Positions 54,458 to 64,000 of a DNA stretch of 64,000 bases are shown here, piece by piece. This stretch comes from Orbicella franksi (Eukaryota). The stretch spans positions 31,062,001 through 31,126,000 of the forward strand of contig OZ116703.1 of assembly GCA_964199315.1 (NCBI GenBank). Reading direction: 5' to 3'. The notes beneath the pieces were generated by a model. That model was not told the DNA's origin. It ran no database searches and saw only the letters and a list, made by a program, of their open reading frames with translations. The stretch's first letter is position 1. The number at the start of each line of letters is the position of its first letter. A program made the position numbers and the translations under genes.

Positions 54458-57355
54458 CTAATGAAAGCTGTTTTTGATTGGAGCACCAGCTAGTACGCTA
54501 TGAACAGATGAGAAATTATAACAGTCTCGGCAGACAGCCATGTATTTATCAGCTCCGCCTATGACCTCAACCTGAAAACAGAATCATCAAAATTAGTCAC
54601 AGACAGCAATAATTGAGTAGACTGGCCATTTACCAAAAAAATCCTGCACAAAAAGAGAGAAAAAGAAAGAAAAAAAAGTGAGTGCAAACAATGGGCACCA
54701 AAAATATGTTTAAGAGATGCAACAAAATTGTTTATACCATGCCATAAAAATACAGCCAATTAGTGTTTCTTGTCCTACCTTTTTCTCCTCACCCAATCTT
54801 TTTGTAAATGCAGCATCTTTAAAGCAATGCATGCAAACTGCATTAAGTTTGACAACACTTTCTGCTAGGGGAACAAGATCCAGTACCCTGCCAAAGGCCT
54901 GTGAAAGTGAGAAAAATACCTTAGTGAAGAGTTTATAAATGGATATTTTTATTAAAATATAATAAAAGATCTGACAAGGTTAGAAACATCAACTGGCAGG
55001 AGGCAAACCTGTTGGCTTTTTACAAATGTGACTGAGGAGTTGAACTTGGGTATCACGTGATACAACTCCAGCTAGTGGCTGGTGTAAGACTTAAACCTGT
55101 GAGCTCCAGATATCAAGTCCGACACCCTAACCACTTGGCAATGCAGCCCCCTCTACATCGACAACTCATTGAGCTTGTTCTTCCTCTTTTAGCATACAAT
55201 ATTACTCCGCTATCAATTTGAAAACAATACACTGAGTCAAACCTCCACTAAGGACCACCTCTCCACAACAGCCACCTGTCTACAACAGTCACTGTTTTTG
55301 TTCTGGTGAACAGTCCATACATTCACTCTTGTTTCAACCTCTTTACAACAGCAACCTTTCCACAATGGTAACAGCCACTAAAGCATATCCCAACTGCCAA
55401 AATAACCTCTAAACAATGGCCAGTTAATCAGCAACTGAATTACAAAACCCCTTTGTTAAGTGTGAAAGGTCACAAACTTTGATTTGGATTGTGCAACACT
55501 GGTCTCTGTTTTTGTTTGGTTTCTGTTCTAATGATATATTTTGATGCTACAGTAGGCATTTTTAAACAGTACTACAAATGTTAAACCTGCTGAAAAACAC
55601 AAGTGTCACATTACACCCCTATCTCTCGACAACGGCCACTTTCCTCTGTCCCCATGGTGGCCGTTTTGGAGAGGTTCTATTGTATATTAATCCTCAAGTC
55701 ATTTACAGAACTTCCAGCCATATACTCACTCTTCTTTGAAATGTTCCATCTAACGCAGCAATTATTACAGTTTTCCCAAGACCAGCCATTTCTTCTGAAA
55801 ACTCCACAACATCTGGAAACTAAGACAGAAATGTGATTGGTAATCAATCCTTGTCTTTTAGTTAACCTTCAAAAATGTATACTTGTATCCACAGTGACAT
55901 TTTCATCAAAAATTATAAAACTTCAGAAAAACTTACAAACTGGCCTTCATCAATTCCTAAAACAGAATAATCCATAGCTTTACTCTTAATGTGATCTAAC
56001 ACTGAGCAAGCAGAGGCTCTAAGCGTTTGTCTGTGAGTAACAACAAAATAAAATCAATTATTACAACTCATTACGATCAGTTATACAATTGTATTATTAT
56101 CAGGTAAGTTCAGTTGAATGAGTTCACATGAAAAAATAAAAATCACAAAAATGAGAGAAGAGGACAAGGGAAGAGTAGGAGAGAGGGTGGGGGTGGGAAG
56201 GTAATTTTACTAGGAATCTCTCAGCTGGAAAATTACTCAGTTCAAATATTTACCCAGTGAAGAAATCATTATTTTCCCTGGGGAACTCTGGGATTAGATT
56301 TTCTTTACAAATTCCTTTTCACAAGTCTAAATTTATTTGTCATAAACTCATAAACTTGCCATATGAAAATACTGAAATACATTGTTGTTGTTGTTATATA
56401 AAAGTTAAGCTGAGCTCTTAGCTCTGAGTATGGGGACCTTTTGCTGAATTTCAAATGAAATTTGACGCTTCTTTTCCTATTTTCTCTTAAAAATTCAATT
56501 TATCCCGATCGATTGAGCACCTTTGCGAAGCTTACAACAATACTGATTTCCAGATAGAAAGGCACGAACTTTACGTGAGCTTATATCATTTTTTTTTTCT
56601 TTACACAACCCCAAAAGCTTATTAGTTTAAATTTAAGTAAAGGTCCATTCATTCATTTATTCATTGATTCTCATTTTGCAAGTATAGATCTTCTCACCGA
56701 ATGACGGTCATTTCGCTCCATGATTAGGTCGCTCCAATAAGTCAGTTCGCTCCAACCAGAAGTTAGATAGCTCCACACAGGCCGAGTTCGTTACCTCAGC
56801 TAACCAAGTTCGGCTTGGCAGTGGATGAAAGAACGAGAAATAATCTGTATGCCCGTTTGAGCGAACTGACTTGGAGCGTTCTAACCATGGAGCGAAGTGA
56901 CCGGATACCTTCTCACCTATCGTGTGTTGCTACACCGTCCATGTCGTAGCGGTTATCTTTCTCGTATTTAATCACCATACAGGAATGGTTGGCTACTTGG
57001 TACCGCTTGATTCTTCTGAGCAGCTCAGTTCTGAAACACAATCGATTTCGAACAAAACACGTGTGAATATCGCCAATAAAACGGCATCCAAACATACTCT
57101 TTGTAAAGGCACTGCACATCTATCAATAATATAATGCATTTGCTGGTAAAAGGTAATAGCTATTTACGTACGTTTTTCCCGAAAACATTGGTCCGAAGAT
57201 GACCTACAAGATAAGTCAAGGATACAAAGGGTTAGCTTGTAAATTAACATGAAACACAGCAAAATTTGCCATCTTGGGCATCACATCACCTGAATTTGAC
57301 CTCTTAAATTCATAACACTGTGGACGTCCATCCCTGGGATTGTTACCAAAGACAT
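54458..57355 (-). CDS. TK1: Thymidine kinase 1 (cytosolic, type II TK), 7 exons, 209 aa
   Basis: Exons 57355-57290, 57203-57172, 57030-56917, 56030-55937, 55819-55730, 54898-54779, 54571-54458. Protein MSLVTIPG...[26 protein letters not shown]...GIDEGQFFPDVVEF...[13 protein letters not shown]...[18 protein letters not shown]...[18 protein letters not shown] contains the P-loop, the DEGQF motif and both zinc-binding CxxC pairs. Confidence 0.97.
54990..55152 (-). mobile_element. tRNA-derived SINE in TK1 intron 5
   Basis: Minus-strand tRNA-like head (gccaagtggttagggtgtcggacttgatatctggagctcacaggtttaagtc); body shared with 38556-38767. Confidence 0.72.
55230..55682. mobile_element. Tc1/mariner-type MITE in TK1 intron 5
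   Basis: gtcaaacctccac...ggccacc-type left end and ggtggccgttttggagaggttctattg|TA right end; internal acaac(a/g)gccac repeats. Confidence 0.7.
56699..56908. mobile_element. 210-bp Mutator-like (MULE) MITE with perfect 9-bp TSD in TK1 intron 3
   Basis: TSD cttctcacc at 56690-56698 and 56909-56917. TIRs about 50 bp (cggtcatttcgctccatg..gtcagttcgctc / gagcgaactgac..catggagcgaagtgaccg). A 9-bp TSD with long TIRs is characteristic of MULEs. Confidence 0.9.
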
Positions 57356-57592
57356 TTTACAAGTTTTTGTAGCTTGTGGTTTGCAAATCGTCGTTGATGA
57401 GGCTTTCGTTAGTGAGGACAGCGCGCCAAAAGATTTACAAAATTCGCGCCTAAACATCATGATCAACCAACCGCTGCCAAACTGTTTGCCCAGTCCTCCT
57501 GGATGTACTCGAACGAAAGAAACTGGTAAAGAGTTTATGTGGTTGCCAAGCAGTAACAAAGAAGAAAAGAGATCCAGTGTAGAGACCAAAAT
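57356..57592. promoter_or_regulatory. Bidirectional promoter/5' UTR region shared by TK1 and CCDC96
   Basis: Only 237 bp between divergent ATGs; CpG-rich. E2F-like sites GCGCGCCAAA (57421-57430; reverse complement TTTGGCGCGC) and ATTCGCGCC (57442-57450). X-box-like GTTGCC-N4-AGTAAC (57542-57557). Confidence 0.7.
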
Positions 57593-60500
57593 ATGGCGGA
57601 TTCAAATCAAGAGAATTCTGTGAGTATTTCTGTCGCGATTTTTTAGCATTTGATGGAAATATTAGCGAACGTTGTTGGGTATAACTTGGTAGTGTTTTCT
57701 GTTTTCTTAGAAATTAGGTTCAAACGTTCACAGTACTCTTTTACATCAAGTACAACTTTTCTTTTCAAGGCCGCGATTGGCCGGTCTCCTTTAAAAGTTC
57801 CATGTCCTAATAAAGTACATGGATTTTTTTTTATGCTTCTACAAGCAAACGATTGAGAGAGAATTGCTTAAAGAGTGCAGTTTTAATAAGGCACCGCTAC
57901 ATGCTAACAGATGCACCTCAGATCAAACAATTCATTCAATATTCTACCTCTATTTGGACGGAATTTTGCCCCAGAAAGCCTTCGGGTTAACATATATTTT
58001 CAGGAGGTCTTATTGATCAGAAATACGAGGTACAGCTTATCTTCAGAAGTCTTCGGCTATACATTGATTTAAAAATGGAAAATGATATTACAGATAGTTT
58101 TGCAAAGGGGCCTCTTCTCGTCAGTTCTTAATTTTACTGTATCTGTCTTCTGCACTCTACTCAATCGACAATTTTACAATAACTGTCTAATTTCTCGTAC
58201 GCTGATTGGCTCATTTTTATCATCAATAAAAATTTTAATTTATGCAGCTTTCAAGTTTAACTTTCAGCTGTCAAACTGTCAAATTTTTAACCAATGAGAT
58301 TTTATGGACTTTTTTAAGTAGCCAATCAAAAAGCGAGAAAAGCTATTGACAATGTTCGCGTCATTTTGAAGAAAATTCACTTATCTTTGTTTACGGCAGG
58401 TTTACGGCATCTTTTCCCCTCATTTATTCCTGGCATTTGACCATTTTGGGGTCTTACTATTGTAAAAAACAAATTGATGTCAGTTTTTTATGAGTCTGTC
58501 CTCTTAATGATGATAAATTTTGTCATAACATTGTCAAAGTTTACTGCGGAACCACTCGCCTGCTCCTTGTGGTTCCACAGCCACTTTGACAATGTTATGA
58601 TGCAATTTATCATCAATAAGAGGACAGACGCATAAAAAACTGACGTCAATTCGTTAATTTGTTCAAACTGAATTTCACATTACCAAGTTAATCAGATGGT
58701 AGTAATTTTATATGAGTGCAAATGTGACAATTTAATATGCAATGCAGGGCTGTCAATATTAAAGGGCTGTAACCCAGCTGTCAATAAAGACTGAGCATGC
58801 TTGATGGGCCCTTGATGTTATCAGTGAACTTGCCTGTAGCTGAAACAATTCACGCACAAAGTAACAAGTTAGTTATGGGTGTGAAGATCAAGGCTACAGA
58901 GGAGTCAAAAATTAATGAGAGCCCTGCAAGTATGTTTGGTAACCATTTATGTCTCACAAAATTGAATTAGCAGGAAAATGTCACAGAAACAGCTGATGCC
59001 ACCCCCACTCCTCAGGTTAAAGTAGCAGAAACCCAAGAAGCGAATGATGACTCACAGGGTCCTCCCTCAGCAGATGCTGTAGCTGAAGAGGCCCCTTCTC
59101 AACCAGCGGATGAGCCATCACAAGAGGGAGAGGGTGGGGAGGTACCAACTGGTGATGTTGAAGGGGACAAGGCAAATCAGTTACAAGTGGGAGGTGATGG
59201 TGGGGAGAATGTGGATTCAGTAGATGATGTTGACCAACCTCAAGAAGGACAAGAGCAGGTGGAACTTGAGGTAAGTCAAGACACACATTGCGTAGCTGTT
59301 GTCCTTGTTAGAACTGAAGGGATGCTAAATAAAGTATCAACTGGTACAAGTCCTGGAGTCCTGACAAAATTTCCTCAAGTATAGGAGGTTTGGAATATGA
59401 AGGGCAGAGAAGTCTCTCAATCTTAATTGCCTCAAATCAGATGATCTGGGCCTTTTGAATATCATTCAAGATTTGGTTCCATAATTTGGGTATCAGGACC
59501 CTGAATGTTTTCATTCTTACATAATTTTTACATGACTTGTATGTCTGATCTCTAATTTATTGTGTTATAATAATTTAGAAAGAGGTGTCTCAACTGACTG
59601 TTTCCTTTTAATCTGTATTAATTTTTAGAAGGTCGATGAGGAACAGGATGAAAATGCGCCTATACCAGAGGCAAGTCAACTACATCCTTATTTTGTATAA
59701 TCATGTATCAGACTATTTTGGTATGTTTCATACTTTTTCACAGATTTATCAGTGTCAGTTAAATTGCTGTTTTCCTTCCTGTACTGGCTGTTGTCGTGGT
59801 TTCACAAATGTTGTGTTGTGATTTTCAGAATGAGGGAATCCCAGAGTCTGACGAAGGTCCCACGGTAGAGGTAGCTCAGCCACTGTCCAGGGAGGGGACA
59901 CCCACTGGAGAACAGACACTGATAGACAGTGAGGGTAAGGAGGAGCCTGATGCCTCAGCCACACCACCACCCCCTGAATCACAGTCTCCAGAACCAGTAA
60001 TCGACCTGGAACAAATGGATACTTACATTGAATCAGGTACTATCAATGATACAAAAAAAGAAAAGATTCATTAGTTTGTGATGTCTTGCCAAATGGGATG
60101 AGGGGGAGATTTTGGACCATTTTGTATCGTTTGCCTAGCTGCCTAGATTGGTTTAATAGAATTTTTATAGTCAGCTGAGGTTTTTGGCTATAAACATAAA
60201 TTTATTTCCATGGGAGTTGATGTTGACTGTACTGCAGTATCCAGATTTGTTCTCCTTTTGGATGAGATATGTAAATTTATGACAATATGTTTCTTGGTAT
60301 CTTTCCAGGGGGGGTCAAGCTCCTTCTAAGAGATAATTATTATTTTGTACATTTTAAATGAGGTTTAACATTAATTTAACCTAGTTAACAACCAGGATTT
60401 AGGCTGATTTGGCTAGTGGCCGGGCTGTGGGCAGGGCAGGTTTTGGGGTGTTCTACTTACCTGTGCGAGGGGTTGGTGGCTCCAGCCCCCAGATCTCTGG

Positions 60501-63463
60501 ACACCCAAACTCCATGTGTGACATAGGTGTTAATATGTTTTCCTTCTTTATTGATAATTCATGTACATGTACTGTGTTCATCAGATGTTATGAGATATGA
60601 TGAGATGGAGTTTGATGAAGAATCTGAGCCAGAGATTCCCCTCTACAATAGAGCAGAACTTATTGAGCGCTATCAGGTATTGATCAGCTGACTTTCTTCT
60701 GAGGTGCTACATAAACAAAAAAAAAAATTTTTTACCAGTTTATCAACTTTATCATATGATTGATTACTGTTTCTAAATTTAACAATTAAAAAAACTTGAC
60801 TGTACTTTGACAACTTTTAAAAGACATTTTCCTCATAACTTATACCATCTTCTGACAATCTATATAATTTTTTTTTAATTACAAGTAATTGAAAAAGGAT
60901 GGCTGTCAAGATCATAATAGAACACATTTTAAAGATGGGGAATAACAATAAGTTCAGTGACAAAAATATAAAAAACTGTATTCACTTTGAGACCAAAGGG
61001 ATGATATACTTACTCTCTCAAGGCTGGTCTCATTCAGTCCTGAGAAATGCCCCTGGGGGAGCAGGGCAGCCTTCTTTCCAGAACAGTAGCTGGTGATTGA
61101 ACCCAAATGGGCAAATGATCTATCTTTTGTACTTGTCCATCAGGATTCATAATAAGCTTTGGCAATATTATTTAATTTGTGTTATATTGTGTTAAATTAT
61201 GTTTTTCTTGTTGCTTAATTTTTTGCAGCAAGCTTTAGAGGAGAGATCAAGTTTACAGTCATTAAATGCCCAGCTTCAACACAAACTGGCTGAGTATTTC
61301 AAGAAGAAAAAGGTATAATATTTTTTTGAAGATACGTACATCATCAGGAAAAGAGTTTTGAGAAAGTTCCAAGCAAAATTTGAATCCTAAACCAAAATTG
61401 CTTATTATAGGTTCTATTTGCTTTCAGAGTGATGAGCGTCAGCAAGAGATAGAAAAGAATGTAACTGACCAAGAACAAAGATATCTCAAATATATGTGTA
61501 AGTGTTAAAAGCAGAATTTAAAGTTTGATGAGTATGTGGGGCTCCATTAGGGGGATGTCTGATTATCCCACATCCTATTAATCTTTGGTCTAAATTCCTA
61601 CATCCTGTTACTTCCAGTATGGCAAACCTTTATAACTATATCCCATTTTATCTGATCTGAATATCTCCATTTATTTGCCCCCAAATTTCCTGTAATCTGC
61701 ATTTTTTTTTTTACCTTAATATATCCCATATCCTGAAACCCCAAAGAAGACCTTATAATTTGTTCAAACTGCTCAAGTCATTTAGTTATTCTTATTCTGA
61801 GTAGTATTTTTACCTATTTAAGTAATATTGTTTTATGCTGAACGGTAATATTTATCTTTGGCAAAATAAAATGGTTGTGGCTGTTGCTAATATTTGCCTG
61901 TGTAATTGGTGGTTTAGTTTTTTGTGTAATGGGGCTTAATGAAGTTTAGGCAAAGTTAAAAGTACATCCTCGTGCAGTACTATCCAACACATGAAAAGCA
62001 TGTAAAAGATGTACATGATGTGTGAATTTATGGCAAAAACCAGGATTGTATTTGTTAAATGTAGCTTAAAGTATCTGTGCTTAAAAAGGGATTGCAACCC
62101 TTCTCCCCCTTGCTACCCTCTCCTTCCATTCAGTCTATTAGGCCATTGTGCTGTTTATGTACAGCATAGCTAATGAATGTCTGTTTGTTGTGTTAGCAAA
62201 TCTTGAAGAACTTCAGAATGAAGAAAGACGCGAAAAGGAAAATTACAAGGACCAGATTGAGGATTTGAAAGCAAAATGTCAAGAAAAACAAGAAATTGTC
62301 AACAGATCCAGGTTTGTTTAATGTACTCTTGCATTGCAGAAATATAACTGAACAGCTACAAAACCGGCTGCTGTTTGGGAAAGGAGTCTGCACTCCCCAC
62401 CCCACCCCCGAAGGCAAGAACGTAAACTGTACTTGAGAGAGCAGCGGAAATCGAGTCTACAAAAGATGAGGACTACTTGTTATAAATGTTTGCTTCATGC
62501 AGCGTGTGATTGTTTTTCAGTGACGACTTTATGATGTTCAAGAATGATGTTGCAAAACAGGCAATCAACAGCCGATCTGGAAAACCCATTTCACCGAAGG
62601 TTCGTTGCTAAATCAATAAGTTTTTATCTTTAATATTGTTGGTGACAAATTACTCCTTAATTTTGGATCAAAATTTCAGCATTAATATCTATACCATGGC
62701 AACATTTGGCGCCAAATTTCTCGATACAATAAACAAGTGAAAAACCCACAATTGTAAGCATAATTTGTTGCCCATGACATTGAAAGGTATTTAGGCTCAG
62801 GAAATTATTGTAATTTTTCAAATAATTTTGAAATTATTTTTTAATGTCACTCATCACTATTTGATTACAAATACTAATTTCCTTGACAATAATAATCCAA
62901 GGACAATAAAAATGGAGAATTTAGAACCTTCTCTCTCTGGAAATCAAACTGTGAATCATGTTGAACTTAACTCATTCATTACATGTGCAGACTATGTCAC
63001 TAAAAGCTGTTTTGCAGTGAGCGTTTCCACATAATATCTGCTATCATTCTTACTGTAATATATTTCTGTAACTCTTTGATCTCTTTAATAGGATCTTGAA
63101 CAATACCAGATGTTAGAGCTAAAGAAAGAACAAGAAGTCATGCAGGTAATAACACATTCTTTAAATTGTAAAAAAAACTATGCTCAGTTTTCGTCTTCAT
63201 ACTAATAATTAACTTACATGAACTTGCAACGCAGTCGTAGAATGGTTGTCTTTCCTTGACTACACTTCGTTCAAGCGTTCCCGATAAAAACTCTTTTGCT
63301 TATCGTGATGGCAAAAAGGTCTGGTTTGTTCATGTCAACTTTTAAGATATGTTAATGGTTGTGATGGTTAATTTGTGTTGCAATGTTATCTTTTAAGGTT
63401 CGGCTGGAGAATATTAAACTGAAAAACCGACTGAAAAAGAGAGAGATGCAGTTGAAAGCTAAG
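57593..63463 (+). CDS. CCDC96: Coiled-coil domain-containing protein 96 (CFAP184), 3'-partial, 11 exons in window
   Basis: Exons 57593-57619 (aaatATGGCG; MADSNQENS), 58971/58974-59270, 59629/59632-59670 (GC donor), 59829-60036, 60585-60676, 61229-61312, 61428-61497, 62197-62311, 62521-62599, 63092-63145, 63398-63463. A long acidic E/P-rich N-terminus is followed by ELIERYQQALEER...LQHKLAEYFKKKK...QEQRYLKYM...AINSRSGKPI...VRLENIKLKNRLKKREMQLKAK, recognised as the CCDC96 family. Confidence 0.85.
58468..58655. repeat. About 188-bp hairpin element in CCDC96 intron 1
   Basis: aacaaattgatgtcagtttttt..gtctgtcctct..gataaatt..tcataacattgtcaaagt pairs with actttgacaatgttatga..aatttatc..agaggacagac..aaaaaactgacgtcaattcgtt. 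Confidence 0.88.
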
Positions 63464-64000
63464 GTGATTGTTTATTTCAATTTTTAGGTGTGTAACTAAT
63501 AATGTCCCGTAAGTTTCCTTCTCACCCGAACAAATACTGTTATCTGTTTTCACTTTTACATGCTACCTGGTTTTGTAAATCAAAACCAAATCACGGCTGA
63601 AGCATGAAGCATGAAGCATGAAGCAAAAATGGCCCGTTAAACCAAGGAAAAATATGTAAAAATACAACAAACTATAACGAAACATTAATAAGAACTAACT
63701 GGAAAGTGTTTCATGACTAAAACGTTTCATTGAAAAAACATAAGCATGCTTATTGAGCACAATTGACCGTAACTTTCACGCTAGTCAACTTCACGTAGTT
63801 TTAACCGACAAACAATGTTGCTGAAAAATTGCCTGGCGTAACACACCCTGACACGAACGCTTCCGCAAGCATTACACGAAGCAGAATTAATTTCTACTTT
63901 TCGCAACGTTTGTAACCAGCGCAGCGAGCGTTCCCTCGCGAACGAAAGAGCTTTGGTGCTTTCGTCCCAACTCCGGACTTCGCTCGAACATGAACGCTTG

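Noticed and set aside
58876-58930. ATG GGT GTG AAG... as the CCDC96 start
   Set aside because: No donor in phase with exon 2; the 57593 exon (MADSNQENS, phase 0, aaatATGGCG) fits better.
60454-60463. tacttacctg resembling the U1 snRNA 5' end
   Set aside because: The following sequence does not match the U1 stem-loops or Sm site.

Overview
Eukaryotic, intron-rich animal DNA; the repeat families and gene structures suggest an anthozoan, probably a scleractinian coral (inference). Four genes were reconstructed exon by exon from splice signals and reading phase. (1) A 5'-truncated outer-arm axonemal dynein heavy chain of the DNAH9/11/17 'beta chain, ciliary' type: 59 exons, about 4118 aa in the window, 433-36442 +. 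(2) A FOXK gene with FHA and forkhead domains: 6 exons, 633 aa, 39109-46750 +. (3) Thymidine kinase 1: 7 exons, 209 aa, 57355-54458 -, nearly invisible in the ORF track. (4) CCDC96/CFAP184: 57593->63463 +, 3'-truncated, head-to-head with TK1 across 237 bp. Between FOXK and TK1 lies an unrecognised spliced minus-strand gene (51111-50272) with a basic N-terminus and a possibly transposon-related motif. A weaker 3-exon candidate lies tail-to-tail with the dynein (37810-37109). Introns carry many MITEs (TTAA-, TA-, 8-bp- and 9-bp-TSD classes), tRNA-derived SINEs, a 5'-truncated RTE-like LINE with an intact 19-bp TSD, hairpin elements and a ~106-bp tandem/dispersed repeat. Best leads: a Mutator-type MITE whose TSD duplicates the TK1 exon-3 splice donor, the orphan gene, a TK1/CCDC96 bidirectional promoter with E2F and X-box-like motifs, and a dynein-FOXK-TK1 linkage mirroring human 17q25.3. 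No prokaryote-type system, CRISPR array or intact ribozyme was found.
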